A DNA stretch of 64,000 nucleotides from Chrysomallon squamiferum (taxonomy: Eukaryota > Animalia > Mollusca), in the NCBI GenBank assembly GCA_012295275.1, contig CM022671.1, positions 19,158,001-19,222,000 on the forward strand, in the 5' to 3' direction. Below the pieces are notes generated by a model. That model did no database searches. It saw only the letters and a list, made by a program, of their open reading frames with translations, and had not been told where the DNA came from. Positions 1 to 15,700 of the stretch are shown here, one piece after another. Each line of letters begins with the position of its first letter. Position 1 is the first letter of the stretch. The position numbers and the translations under genes are program-made.

Positions 1-1180
1 ATGCTTTTTATTTATGTAAGTTCTAAACTTTAATATATATTTCAAGCTAATGGCTTTTATGCGAGTTCTGCATATTATTTTTCTTTCTTTTTATTCAGGG
101 TTTAAAACAAAACAAAACAAAAATAAAAAAAATTATAAAAAAAATTAAGTAAAGTTAAACATAAAAATCCCTCAATTTTAATTGCATTTTTATTCCACTA
201 TAACATTTCACACTCGTACACGCCCATAGACACTTTCCATATATTTTGAGCATAAAATAACAGTCGAAGCGGAAAAATCGTTCCTGGTTGTCCATGATCT
301 CTTAGCAGGTATCTGAATATAACCAATACTTCTTTAGCATGATTACGTTTTAATACGAAAATGTCAAATGTTTAACTGCAAAATGTTAAACTGTTTAGAA
401 CAATAGGTATATTCTGAGACAGTGCTTACGTGCAAGCAGTATACAAACACCAACGTGTGTTTGGAAAAGAGCCATTGTTTTAGATTAGTAAATAGTTGTT
501 AATCTGAATGCATTTAAACAATGAATTATCAAATCATATGCGTGACTTATTAAAATAATTTCATGTAAATCATGTTTTATTGGTATTATTATTATTTATA
601 TTTTCTGTAATGTTGACTAGTCAAGCGTATTTGATAATTATGTAACTGTTTAATATATATTACCCGAAAGTATTTCTATTTTTTTTTTTTTTTTTTTTCA
701 GTATGTAACAGCTATCAAAACATATATATTTGTGGATACACAAGGCAATGCAAATTTTTATGAATATGCAGTAGAATACAAATGTAATTTTGAGTTCATA
801 ATTTAAAGTTTTAAGTAAAACACGTCTTCTCTCTCATTTTGAATTATTAATATCATGTTAAACAGTTTATTTTTTTCTATCCTATTAATTAGACCACTTG
901 GTTAATTATTACTTCTTCTTTTCTTTTTTTTATAAATACTATAGACAAAGTTTTTTTTTTTTTTTTTTTTTTTCACTGATTACAGATAACGAAGGGTGTG
1001 GTTACACAAAGAGATTATTATTCAAGTAATTTAATACGACGAACTTACGTCTCCGTTTAGAATTCATTTAACAAAAACTTATCGTAAATATGAATCTAAA
1101 TTATAACTGCCTGTAATTAATAGATTTTTGTTTTTATTTTTTTATGATTTTTGTTTTCGCTAACTGGATTTATTTACTTA

Positions 1181-1232
1181 TTTGTTTGTTTGTTTGTTTT
1201 GTTTTGTTTTGTTTTGTTTTGTTTTGTTTTGT
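1181..1232. repeat. (TTTG)n/(TTTTG)n microsatellite
   Basis: Direct reading. Confidence 0.85.
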
Positions 1233-1611
1233 TATTTATTTTGTTCATATTTAATTCCTTTAAATCAAGGGATCGGTTTTTTATTTGGGGGGGTGGGAGT
1301 GTAATTTACTCTACATTTTTTTTTTTTTTTTTTTGCCAATTTTAAAATCAATAAGTCTACATGTATGCTATTGTTTATTTCAGTAAAAGTTTACAGTTTT
1401 AAATATGATAAATTAAATAGCTGTAAACACTCGGAAGTCACTTGAGATATTTTTCCGGAGTGGCTGATTCACTGGCTGCAACATGCGTACGCAAACATAC
1501 ACCAAATGTATTAAATCTGTCGACTGTCTGTTTCTTTAGAGAACTCCCACCCTCTCGCGTGTTTGTGTTAACAAATATTTACTTCAACTGCTATTTGTAA
1601 GCCAAAGATTC

Positions 1612-1670
1612 ATATATATATATATATACTTTCATTCAGTTTTTGCCTTAGAAAGAGATAAAAGGTAAAC
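1612..1670 (+). promoter_or_regulatory. Candidate core promoter / non-coding first exon start
   Basis: (TA)n tract at 1612-1628 followed by Inr-like TCAGTT at 1636-1641, in a CpG-retaining region. The ATG exon has a strong acceptor at 2087, which implies an upstream 5'UTR exon. Candidate donors at 1665, 1805 and 2005. Confidence 0.3.
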
Positions 1671-2214
1671 GCATCAGTGAATCGTACTGGAATTTGTTTT
1701 TCAAAGTTTGTTTTGCTTGAGACAGCTCTTAAGAGACGGTACTTTTGGTGGGTTAACATCTTTTGAACGTTTGTTTGCATAATAAGCAAAAATAATAAGC
1801 GCAGGTAATGCAGCTGTTGAAATATGGATTTTTCAAAACTACCGTAATTATAGTAAATATATATAGAGGCAATAATTATGATGTGGGAGTTTTTCAATTT
1901 CTTTTGTACTAATGTTACAATGTTTGTTTTCACTCATTCGTAACATTTAAAACAAAGTGTTACAGTGTAGAACTATGTGACATTTCTGCTTTCCTTTGAA
2001 AGGTGTAAGTGCACTTACTAACATGACATTCTTTAGCTCATCCCCCTGCCCACTGCAATGAATATATTTCCTTTTCTTTTATTTCAGTTAGGAAATTCAA
2101 CAAACGGCGGTCAAAGCCACTCCTGGGGTAGTCCATCTCATCTGCCTGTGTGAAAAGCGACAATAAGTTGACTCGTGCGAGGTCACCTGCGCGTGCTATT
2201 CAAGGGAGATAAAT

Positions 2215-2551
2215 ATGCAGCATGGAAATGAGGCAGATCAGTTCGAAGACGACGAGGACATGCCGGAGACGGAACGCGAGCTCGCTGCGGACGCGCAGTG
2301 GAAGCTTATTCAAAAGAATACTTTCTCAAGATGGGCAAACGAACACCTGAAGACAGTGAACAAACAGCTGGCGGATTTGGAAACCGATCTAAGCGATGGT
2401 TTGCGACTTATTGCTCTCGTCGAGGTTTTGTCCGGCAAAAAGTTCAAACACATCAACAAGCGTCCCAACTTCCGAACACAGAAGTTGGAGAATGTTACCA
2501 TGGTACTTAAGTTTCTGGAGGAAGATGAAGGGATACGTATTGTCAACATAG
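2215..2551 (+). CDS. FLN: Filamin coding exon 1 (CH1); exon starts at 2088 including 5'UTR
   Basis: ttttatttcag acceptor at 2087; MQHG...[22 protein letters not shown]...IRIVNI; donor G|gtaagt, phase 1. Confidence 0.96.
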
Positions 2552-4000
2552 GTAAGTCACAGTAATGTCAGTTTGAGTATCAGTAATATATTCTTAACGA
2601 TCTTTCTTTGCTGTCACACCTTTTTAATACACATCGAAAACGTCTGTCGACTCTATGCATCAGCGTAATACATTCCATAAATCATTTACATTGCATTGTT
2701 CTTCATTAACTGAGTTGCACCAATTTATTTGTATTACTATATTTGTATAACTGCCCAGTATTTAAAATGTTCAGTTAGCTGGATCTTTCATGTCCAATTC
2801 TGAATTTACTTGTATAGAACATTTTTTCCCCCCACCGCTTACTTTTAGAATGTTGTTAATCTCGCACAATATCAGGGCAGTGACAGGAGTTAACCAGTGA
2901 AGTGTGACAAGCCACACCTTTGCTGTCATTGAAGTACTTCACACCTACCAGACTGTATTATTAACATGATTAAGTCATACATTGTTGGAGAACAATACAA
3001 CATTTTTATGTCTTGACAGTACTTGCTGGTATGCTGGTGAATAATAATGTCAACACTTGTCAGTTGTATCAACATGCTTGAGTGAACTTACAAAAAAGAC
3101 GGGTTTAAGTGTTCACCTAAAACCATATCTGTTCCCATTTGTTAATTATCATGTTGATAGATAACACCTGGAAAACATTACTAATTTTTCTGGCATAATC
3201 TCAGTGCAAACAAATTTTGGCTAAACTGATGTATTGTCTAAATATTTATTTATTCTAAAAATAATTTTGTACTGGCCAGAATTTAGTTTTTTATTTGGTT
3301 CAGTGTGACAAAATAAAATTCTAAGACTATTTTCAAAGCCCACTTAAGGTGGGGGTTAACAAAGTGATTTAGTTTTTTGAATATACAGTGCAGTACATAT
3401 ACACAGATAAAGGGGCACATTTGTAATCTAATTACATTCTGAATGGGAGGCTATAGTAGCTTATATACCAGGGTAAGTGGATTTAGACTGGGGTAAGTCT
3501 ACTAATCTGAGATAATAGAGAGTGATTCATAACTGACAGTCATCTAGATGTATACATGGGGAAAGTTTCACATGAAAGAATGGCTATTATGAAATAATTC
3601 AGTTGTGTGTGAGTGTCTGCATTTGTATTTCAAAGTCAGTACAAATCATTAAATGTTTAGCTACACATATTTTTTATTTCACATTCATATATACAAACAT
3701 TATAAATATTTAAATTAATTTATAAACAGTATTGTATGATTTTAAAGTATTTTTTTTGGTTTTAGACTGGGCAACATTTTTTTTTTTATTTCATTTAAAA
3801 AAAAATTAGGGCAGTACATTTTCTTAATGTGTCTTCAGAGATAAAGAAATCCTTGCTTTTAAGCATATTGTTATAAACATGTCAGATACTAAGAGCTATC
3901 TTCACTTTACCAGTAAGGTGTTTTAACACTGTCACTAGACATGTCATGTAAAATAGGTCACTTTACAAAGGCTTTTTATTAAACCTTGTTTGCCACTAAA

Positions 4001-4042
<42 letters not shown>

Positions 4043-6206
4043 TTTTCAAAAATCTAAACTGCAAATACTGATTTTATTGTTTATTTGTGAATATTTTCAG
4101 ATGTGCATTGATAAAAGGAATGATAAAACATATTTTATTAATATATAAGAGTGTTTTTATATCACAAGATATGAATAAATCTGCACCTTCTCAGTCATAA
4201 TAAAAACAACACTTTAATCTGATCCCATACTTCTTTATAATTTGTCCTTTGATATGAAGATTGTAATTACAAAATGACATGAGCAAAGAATACCAGAATA
4301 AAGCATTAGATTCCAGTGTATCTAAATAGATACAAGATACAGTCATTTGTAACCTATACTTTTTTATGTATCCTTTTGATAGTGCAGACAATGCTTATAT
4401 ATATTTTAAAACTATTTTCTTAAACCATTCTTTTTTTACATAATGACATCAAAATAAATAATAATTTGTCAGCCTCATCCCATCCTAAATATTTTATTTT
4501 ATTGCTAAACTTTATTACTAGCAAATCATTTTTAAGAAATTAAACCTAAACTTGATATTCAAAATGTGCCTATAAGTTATAGATAAATAACCAGTGATAT
4601 TGCATGTTCTTTCAACTGAAATGGTTTAGTTTTATTATAAAGTATACAGAAAGTTAACATTTAATCTTGTTTTAAAAAAATCTCCAAAACAAACAAACCC
4701 TAAAACCCAACAAATTTACACCCCTGATGCACAAACTGGTTAATAATTTGATTTCAGGACAATTCAGATATTATAATGCTCATTACTGTCCAGATGTTAC
4801 TTGTACTGAATTAATCATGCAAATATATATTATAGATATTACTTTCATTATTACTTGAATATAAACATGTTCATGATGTTTGAACTATTAAGTTATAGCA
4901 GCCTTGAATTGACCATACATGCACACCTGTATAAGTGTGTTCTGTCTAATGACCTATATCTGTTATTGATCTTGGCAATTTCTGATGGAGTAGGTAGGCC
5001 CACATGTTATTGAAATAAGCTTGACAGTTTGTATTGCACGGTTGATTGACTTATCAGATGGGTGGTCTCATCAAGTGAGCATTTCCTTTTTAAGATTTGA
5101 ATATTTGCATATACAGGATATTTATAACCAAGTGCATTGTAAAACAGAAGCATCCAAAAATGTTTTAAAAATGGACAAACCAAAATATCTTCAAAACATC
5201 AACCTAATTATCTTTCAAAAGAAACGAAATGTAAAACACAAATTATATAGTAAAATATTTAATGCTATAACCCATTTCATAAACTAAGTTAACAACCAAA
5301 GGTGCAGTATCTTGATTATCACTGTAAATGATTCATTAAGTTTATTTTTGGACACCCCTTTGAAGATCTGTTTACAATACTGGCCTTGAAATGTTTAATA
5401 AAGGAATATAATTATCTTTTGCATGTATTTCCCCCCCCCCCATTTACTTAAATTTAAAAATTTGCTTTATAAATTTGTATTTCTTCTGACTGAACGAAAC
5501 AGTCATTATTTCTTTTTAGGAATTAGTTCAGTAAAATCCTTTTTTTATTTTTTTTAAACTTGAATTTTTAGTTTAATTCCTTTGTAACTCAATATTTCTA
5601 TGTAATCCATATTTTTCCCAGTTGTACAATAAATAATAACGTGTCAGTTTAATGTTTGGAATTAATTAAATGGTAATTTAAAAGGAAAACTAAAATTATT
5701 ACCTATCCAATCATTTCGACACTGAATTAACCTGTTCTTCTCTAGTTTCATCCACTATTTCATTATAAATCAATATCCAGTTTAATATTAACTATGAAAT
5801 TGTGTTTTAATGATAATCATTTAAAATAACTAGTTTTTAAATTAATAATTATTTATATGTTGATTGGTGTTTAAATATATAGCCAATCCCCCACCCCCCA
5901 AAACAATAAATAAATAAATAAAAAATAAAAAATATAATTAATAAATATCAATAATAAATAACAATAATACAGGTACACAAATAAAATAGGACTTCAGTTT
6001 TTAACCTTTTCTTTTTTAAATTTAATTTATTTATTGTCAACTGTATACTCTTGGGCATTCATTCTTTTACAATTTGTTTAAAATCAGATTTCTTAATTAC
6101 ATATAAACTATAGAAACATCACAATGGGCCAAGGTTTAAGTAGTTAACATCAGATTTGAAAAAAAAACATTGGCTAGAAACTAATTTCTTACATAGATAT
6201 GGTATG

Positions 6207-6255
<49 letters not shown>

Positions 6256-6712
6256 GTCCACGACATACCTACTTTGACACTTCTCAAGCAGAAAATGGTC
6301 TACACACTAATTTACATTTGTATTGGTATAACACTGAGCATTCATACATTATTATTTATATATGGAAACTGATTGTCAAACATCAGAATTGCAAGCTGCA
6401 GTAATTTCAAGACCAAGTAGCCTAATTAATTTAATCTTAGCTTTGTCTGTCACAGAACTGAAGACTAATCAGTAGCATGTTGTCATACTGGCTAATTTAC
6501 TGGATACACTTCTGAGTGTGTGTGGTAGTGAAAATGTGTGTATTGTAGGAAATCTTTTGATGCTACAGTAACAGCTTATGAGCAGATATTGTAACCCTGG
6601 AAGTAGCTTTCCATGTTAATCAGCTACAGTTGATAAATCTGTGATGATCATTCTGATATTATGAAAACCTTTAAATAAGTTAATATTTCTTGTTTCTAAC
6701 CAGCATTTATTG

Positions 6713-6759
<47 letters not shown>

Positions 6760-9700
6760 TCATATATAGTATTCATGATTTTCCTTTCATCTTTTCCCCT
6801 ATTTAAGAAAATTCAAATACATACATAAGTAACAACTTAAAATAACAATATACAGTTAATTTGTTTATGTATTAATTTATCATACTAATTAACTATGAAG
6901 TAAAGTAATACTACATACATGTACTCACTGACATATGAAACAAGTATATAATTCATGTTGATATATTTAATATCAGCCTGTCATTAAATTATTATCATTT
7001 CATTGACAGCTACAGTTTAAATGTCATGCAACTAATGATATAAAATTAACAATAATTCCTGCTTTTAATGTGTTTTTCTTCTGCTTTGTTTTATAGCAAT
7101 ATGTATATATACACAACCCACTCACAAATGCTTAAATACTTATGTTAAAATAACTATTCTGTTAAATGGACAGTATATTTAAAATCTAAATTAATTTATA
7201 TTTATTTCTCATTCCAGTTGGTGTCATATGACTTGTTTATCATATTCTTTGGTATGTGATAATTACAAAAAAATAACTTATTTGCAGGATTCTTCATATG
7301 TTGTACAAAAAACTGGTGTTTTGACACCTAATAATAAATGAATACAAATCTGTATAAAGCAGTAGGGTGTTTGATGAAGTAAGTGATAGCTATAAATTTT
7401 GTAAAGGATGAGGTGTTTGGTATAGTAAATGATACCTACAGATAATGTTAAAGGATGGGGTGTTTGGTAAAGTAAATGCTATCTACAGATAAAGTAGAGG
7501 ATTGGGGTGTTTGGTACAGTAAATGTTATCTACATATCGTGCATGGTTAGGGTGTTTGGTATGGCAGATGCTATCTGCAGATGACGTAAAGGGCTGGAGA
7601 TAGTGTATTGTAAAAACACTCCATTCTTTTCATCTACAAAGGAATAGACATGGTAATCTAGAAGCTGCCATGAAGCAGAATATGATAACTTGCAGTACAC
7701 ATTCCTGTGACTTGAAGAAGATGATAACATTGACCTTTGGCTGACATAAGACATTGGATAACATAAATATATGCACCTAGCAAGTCTGGGTATCTTCATG
7801 CATCATCTGTAATCATCAAGGTTATTTACATGTAAGATGAACCTTCTAAGTGCATTGGCTGTAGTTAAATCCGTGCAGAAATTATTTGAGAAAAAAAAGT
7901 CTGGGAATGTTTACAGCTCTACCCAAATTCTCAGTATATACACATTATTATTATTATTATTATTATTATTGCTTTCATTAATTTCATTTAAAGGAATAAA
8001 GTTTATATTTGTATATATTTAAAGTATGATGTTTTACCTTTAGTTCTGAACTGTTTATTCTGGAAACCTTGAGTTGTGTTACAGATGATTAAATCTGCTG
8101 TTAGATGTGTTATAATCCAGAGTTTTTCACCTGTCCTAGGGCAAGTAAAGTGTCAAAATATATCAAAGATGAAATAGCTGAAGACTGATTACACTGCCTT
8201 GAGTAGCTTGTGATACTTAGATTCATTAAACCATGGAAAATAAAACATTGTCAGTTGATATATAAATTTAAAAATTTATATTTTTGTAAAATATAAAACA
8301 ATACAGGGTAGATTTAGATGTGTATAATATTTATAGTAGCATTTATTTAATCTGCATGCCAATGACTTATTTTTTCAACTCAAAGTATTATAGATGCATA
8401 AATCATTTTTGATTATTTTTTTAAGGACTGATTTTATCACATACAGCATGACTATTAAACTTAAAGCTTAAATAACTGAAATTCTAATACATTTTTTAAA
8501 AGTTTTTTGAAATATTTTTTTCTATTAAAGTTTGTTATTAAAGCAGCTCTATGATGAGAACATATAATGCTACATAATGTTATTTTAAAAATTAGGAAAA
8601 GTATATAAAAACAATCCTGCTAATTCCTGCAGACAGTGACTGAAAATTGCAGCTGAAAGCAACTGTGTGAACTTTTTACAGTCAACCAGGCAATTAAACT
8701 TGAGTGATTATTCCACAGTAAGAACTCTGCAGAATTGTTTGAAACCAAAGTTTGTGCCAGGGCTAGGAATGCTATCGGAGTGGAAGTCGTATATTAAGAG
8801 ACTTTATCTGGTGTGACAAGGGTTTCTGTATGCTGAGTTGTTAGTGGAGTGCACAGTGTGTAAATGATGGGCAGTGTTGATTACAGAACACACTGCCTCC
8901 ATTGAACTGTCATCACGATAATGGAATTCTACACTGCAGGCGTATATGTGACTGGTGATAAAAATAAAATAAGGTCTCTTTGGTGGCAGTAACCAAAATA
9001 TTGGTTAGTGTCAAAATGTTCTATATCAAAATGCATGCAGAATCTCAGTTTGAACGATCACAAACAGTTTGAATTCTGTTCAAAGTATTAGAAGCATTAC
9101 AATCTATCTGAAATACATTTGAAGCATGAGAAGTATCACACTCTGTCTATTTATATATCTGAAATAATACATACTGTCTCTGAAATATATTGGTATTACA
9201 CACTGTCTCAATTGTATCTGAAGTATTTCAAAGTGTTTGAAGGAAGAAACACACAGTTGTGGTGTTTGATATGACATATATTATGGAAAGAACATTATAT
9301 AGAAAAAAGAAAAAAAACATACCATAATATTGGTACATTACAAGAACTCAGTCCTGAGTTCCCAATTATTTCTGTAAAAGGTAGAGGTGTAGAAACACTG
9401 AAGTCTAGTTTAGATTCATATAATCAGATTCTCTAAACCTTGTATTTCATTTGATCATTCTTTTTAAAATAGTTCTAACACCTATATTATTACAGAATAA
9501 AAAAAATTAAAAAAAAAAATGTTATAGATTTATATTGAACCTATAATATGAACATATCTGAAATAACCAGTTCGATTTCATACATAGCACATAAGACATG
9601 TTTAAGCAGCAGAAATAAACACATTCTTGATAAATTAACAAAAACAAATGGTTCCATGAGACAGAACAACTGCAGTAGACTAATATGAGGAATCTCATTA

Positions 9701-12700
9701 TTAATAGAATTTTTTCATCACAGCTTTGTACATGTGCTCTACTGTAATGTGGTTTTCATTAAAGTGTGATTAATTTATTTGATTCAAATTGCTGAGAAAG
9801 GTTTGTTGTTAGTGCAGATTTCTTTCAGTTATAATTATGCAGTCTCAAAGCAATGTGCATCTATACATTATACAAACTGCATGTTTCTCTGTTTGCAGTA
9901 TTATTTATTTAAATGTTATTGTATAAATGAAACAGTCCAAAGATAGCCTTAATAGAAGTACATACATCTATATTTTTATACATACATAAGCAAACAACAC
10001 ACATTTCATGTGGTGTATATTATTCAAAAATAGTTGCATTCTATAATTCGGATTGGCCTTTTTCAGACATCTGTTGTTTCAGTGGGTTAATGTTCAGAGA
10101 TTTTAAGTAACACTACTTCATTATCATTATGTGCAATTCAACTGATTTATGGTGAAGCTTTAATTTAGCCATTAATTTTATCTCCAAGCCTAAAATGTCA
10201 CCTGAATGCAATTGCTTTTTGCTGGAATTAGCTGTATATCTGACATTCTCAGCTGAAGGATTTAATTAGTACTTGAAATATCAGAATAAATGAAATACCT
10301 GAATAAATGAAATATCAGAGTAAATAGACTCTACACTTTTTTGACAGTAACATACAATGAAGTAACTCATGGAAAATACTTTTAACTTTTAGTAGTGTAC
10401 ATGGTTCTACAACTGGAGCAGTTCTCTAAATGTTAATGTATGTAATTAGTTTATATATGAATATATGCGTGAATAATTGTTGTATTGATACTTCTGAATT
10501 TTCTTGATAAAATTCTTTACTGAAATGCCACGTTTTCTACAATTAAAACTATTTTCGATTCTGTTAATGTTTATAAACAAAGTTTACAATACAGTATTTA
10601 TGCTGTGGACATGTACTGTAGCATTCATATTGCCAAAAAAAAAAAAATGAAAAAACAGTAAATAATTTTTTGCATAAAACCAAAGATGTTTGGCATGTGT
10701 ATAGAAAGTAATGGTTATTGACATACAAATGTTTATTTTTACCTGCAAAGAAAATATAATAGAGTAATAAATACAATATACAATATACAAAAAGAACTGA
10801 AATGTTTACATGGTTGTGGTCCTGTTATCAAATGGGCTAACATATAGTATCAGGAAAAGGTCTTTAAAAATGTTTGGTATAATACAATATATAGATAAAG
10901 TTTCACTGTAACTGTGCTATTTATAACTATTGACACATGTTTATGAACACATGACATTTAAATTAATACATTATACTGTCTTACCATATTTTACATACAA
11001 ATGTACTAATTAATGCATTATTATTTTTTTTAAATCCAAAATCAATATTATACCAAGGACAGATTTCAGCAATACATTTTGTTATCAATAAATATTCATT
11101 CATATTTTCTTCAAGTAGAATTTGCTCAGTATATGGTAAAGTCATTATTTGTTTTACCTTTTTATATTTTTTTCCCACAAGTTGTAAGCTAAATATAATG
11201 GCTTTAAAACAGAAGAGCAAAAGCCCAAGATTTTTATGAATAATAAAAAAGGAAAGAAAAAAAGTATTTTGAATGAAAATAAACTCAAGAGATTATTTTA
11301 ATCAGATGACTAAAATACTTGATTATGTCTTTGTATGTCAAGAATATCGGTAAGCTCATCAGAATAAGCTTTCAGCATATTGATTTGGGGATAAGTTCTA
11401 ACCCTTATTTTCAGTCTGGATCTTGCAGTATCTGTTTGATGACAAGGAATGTCAATGACTTGGCACCACAGATTTTATCTCTAGCTGAAAGATCAAACAT
11501 GTTGACCTTAACTTAAACTCGAGTATTAATTGAACTACTTGACTTGTTAGAAAATTACTGAAAGATAAAATTCTTGAATGCTTTAATTACTTTTAATATA
11601 TAACTATATACATGTGGCATATATTCTGTACAGGAACAGACAGTAAAGATTGGAGACAGTGCATTTGTAAAGTGTGCTCAAGCCTGAGGTCATGCACATG
11701 ACAGGTATATTTGTGTCAGTGCATATACTTCAGTCATAGCTCATGTATAATAGACACCCATCAGAAGTCTTGTTTGTAACAGACAGCTTGAAGCAGATAT
11801 AATAAACATAAAATATTTTTGAACTGCCTGATACTGTTTTAATGGTTACATTATTTCAGTCATTATTATGCATTTTACAAGAACAATACATATTTCTTAA
11901 GTATGTATTTTTTTTTTTTACCTTTTCTGCTGATTAGAAATAAATAACGTGTCCATATGCAACAATGTATTTTTGGTAAATGTTGGGAAAAAACTAAAAT
12001 CTCAACATCATAGAAAGGATCTAGGATATAAGTAAAAATAAACTACATGAATCTGACTAGTGAATCTAAAACTGGTCAGTTTGCTTAAGGACTGGTCAGA
12101 AAAAAATAACTGTGGCTTTTCACAATCTAAAATTAGTTTCAGTGGAAGAAGTTAAGCACCTGTCATTGTTGAGTCTGATAACTGACAATTGCATTATCAG
12201 TATGTGTATATTTTTAATTATTTTTTTAATGTGAATTGAGGAGTTCCAATACATTTCTGTTGCTAGGGAATTGGTAAGAATATAATAATTAATGAGATTA
12301 AATATATGGAAATGTGATAAAGTTCTGCACACAATGATTAACAACACTGCACCTGAAGACAATTGGAAAACAATCCCTGAACTGTTTGGCTCAAAGGCAC
12401 ACAACTTATAAACCTGGTGAAAAAATGTATCTAGCATTTCCGTGTGGCAATGTGTATGCAGTGTATTATAGTAGTAGCTGTAATTATTGTTCTGTATAAA
12501 CTGAGGTGAGATTGTAGGAAAGCTGATTTATCATGACTTGCAATTGATAGTCCAGTCAAACTTGTCAGACTTGTTTTAGAAGTGTAACAGACGGCCATTG
12601 TCAAGGACATAAGGAATCAAACTCTTTGTTAAAATTCAGAATGATGTGTTTTTAAAAACGTACAGCAGATTTACTGCAAATATAATTGTTTTGTCATTTG

Positions 12701-15700
12701 AATATTAATTAAAGAACACAAAAGATTTTCATAAGAAAAATAAAATTATCATAAATCATTATTATAAAATGTCAGATTAATTTGCTGTGATAAATAAGAA
12801 ACTGTTTACTAATTTAAAAAAAAATATTTTAATAAAAAAGAAAATTGTTTTTAAAAGAGGTAGATCTAATCAAACAAATGCATCACAGAGTTGGGCACTT
12901 GTAAGAAAAAAGGATATTTTAACAGAGTTGGAGCTGTATAAAATGTCAGCTAAACAAAGTAAAGCTATAAAATAGCATTTAAAATAAGTTTTCTTCAGAC
13001 ATTAAATTTTATTTTGTATTGTTTGTGTACTAAATCATGCAGCTGTTTTGTTGTCTGGGCATTTGCCAAGATAATTATTAAAGCTTTAAAATATATTAAC
13101 ACACGAAGTGATATTTATTTATCTGTTGTTCACTGAAATGTTTTATAGACATGCAGCATTATGGCACTTGAAAATATTTGTATTTAACAAGGGCTGAGTG
13201 TTGATGTATTATCCCAGAAAATTGTAAAAAAAAAATCAAAACAATCTGTTTTATCTTCAACTTGTTTAATGGTAGCTGAAATGACGTCATATTTCCTAAC
13301 TTTATAAAGATAATGTGCATAGAATCTTTTGTAATTGAAATTTTTATGTAGTATCTTGATATATTAGTTCAGCAGTTTTTCTACAAATATAAGTCAGAAA
13401 GAAATGCTACAATATTTATACAACAGCTTCTAGGTGCCATGAGAAATTAAGACCAGTAAAATTAAAAAAAACAAAATAATAAAAATTATAATAATAATAA
13501 AAACAATAAAGGAGTTTTCATTTGTAAATTGTTCTTTTTAATAAGTAAATTCTGTGAAATAAAGTGGCATTTTGTATATATATTGCATAAATTACCTTAA
13601 AAAATATTTAAACAAAATCAATTCAGTGGAAAAAAAAAAAAAAAAGCTTATTAAATACATAAATTTCACATATATTATGAAATCAAAAACAGAAAATAGA
13701 TTCAGACCACAGTCTTTTTTTTAATTATTATTAAAGGCAAAGTAAAATATAAAAAGAAAATGGCTGTGCTTAAACTGATATGGTTAATGATTTTATTTTA
13801 TTTTCTCACTCCCAAAAATGTTGTCATATTGAACCAGGCTACATTACATTGATGTAATAGCAGTTCATTGTACTGACTATTGTTATCAGTTATTGCATCA
13901 CAACTTATTAATAAGTAAATGTCTGTTTTCCTGATGCAGCCACAGTTGACAAAATGATAAAGGTTGATATTAGAGAAAGAATTTCATATGTCTTATTTTC
14001 TACTGACAAAGAGAAAAGACCAGCTAACCACTTCATTTAACTTAAAACATTGTGGTTTGTAATGTTCTGACTCAGAAAAGGTAAGCTTAATACATTTCTA
14101 AGCTGGTTATCAATACAAGTAGCCCAGCTTATTAATAGATGTTAATAAATATGTTGAGAGGTCACACGGTTATTTCATACAGGTTTCTAATTGTGGTCAA
14201 ATGTATGATATATCACATACAGTTTACGTGAAATCCACTTCAGCTATTATTCATCATGATTTCATATTTTTGATATATTAAGTATTTTTACTGGTTAAGC
14301 TCTTACAGAAGGGTTCATGCTAAAACTCAAAAGGAAAAGCTTACATAGTTCTCATCTCAGTGATTGATGACTGCTTTTACACATTATGTTTTTGTAATGG
14401 TGAAATGTGAACAGCCAACTTCACATTATTATAAACAATGGCTTTATTTTATCATTACCACGTGAAATGTGTGTAGAAATAAAACTTTGTACCATAAAAA
14501 ACATAACATAAATAATCCTCTGTGTTTGTTATACATAAATTCCCAATTTAAACTTCTTTAAAAAAAAAAATTAATAATATTAAAAATAAAATAATACGCT
14601 CCCTTACAAAAAATATAACAAAACAAAACAAAGCAAAGCAAAAAAAAATTAATGGTTTAATTCTGCTGTATGAATAATTGGGTATATGTTTTTTGTTTTT
14701 TTGTTTTTTGTTTAATATGTTTAAACACCAAACTAAATAAAATAGCTGATGCATATGATTATATCTGCATTTGCATGTCGGCACAGTTTTTTATAAAGCT
14801 GTATTTTATAGTAACTCGAAAGTGCAGATTCAGAACTTCAGTAAACCACACCATCAGTAATGCTATGTTCTGCTAGCTCATGTCTTGGAGAAAACATATC
14901 TAATAGGATAGGTTGTCCTTGACCTTTCTGTATGTCTGCTGAAATAGCATTTCCAGATGTGGGCAAAGGCTTAGTGTATTTCCACAGGGCTATGTTTAGA
15001 AATAAGGAATACTGAAGAAGACACCAGGTATTTTACCTGCCAAACACGTTCTTCTTCAGTGTTGTCTGCCAGTTAGCACACAGTTGATAAGATAATAATA
15101 CCCACAATACATCAGGATGGCAAACAGCCATGAATTTGTATCTTCATATACCAAACTTTCCATATATTCTGTTTATGTTTTAGTAATTTTGGTAAAGTAA
15201 CTTTCAAAAAGTTTTTTAAAAAAGGAAAAAGAAGAAAAAAGTATGAATAAATGCTTTAACACAACAACATTTTCTCAGTAAACTTGATTTGCACCACTGT
15301 ATAATTAGAAAATTGTTGTAAAATTTATTAAGATAACTAGCGTGTTTTAATGTCTTTATATAATTAAGTAAATCTAATGTTGCTGCACAGTAAAGTAATG
15401 CTGAGGAATTTCATTTTGGCTACTAATTCCTGTAATCAGTGCTGCAAGGCAGGTTTATCAAAGATCATGGTATATGCTTTCCTGTTCTGGGAGAGATGCA
15501 GTAAACAGATACATTTTTCTAATTGATAAAGCTTTATTGTGATGGCAGTTGGTTTTATCTCAAACTGTCACAATGCCAAAAAAAAAATTAAAAATTAATT
15601 ATGATATGAATACATGCTGAAATTAAAATGTTTAAATGGTGACATATTATAAATGTTTCATCAATATACTGATTTGTAGCTGTTCTTGCTTCAATCCTGT

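Noticed and set aside
7362-7600. CRISPR-like periodic repeat
   Set aside because: Whole units are homologous (no unique spacers), the context is a eukaryotic intron, and there are no cas genes
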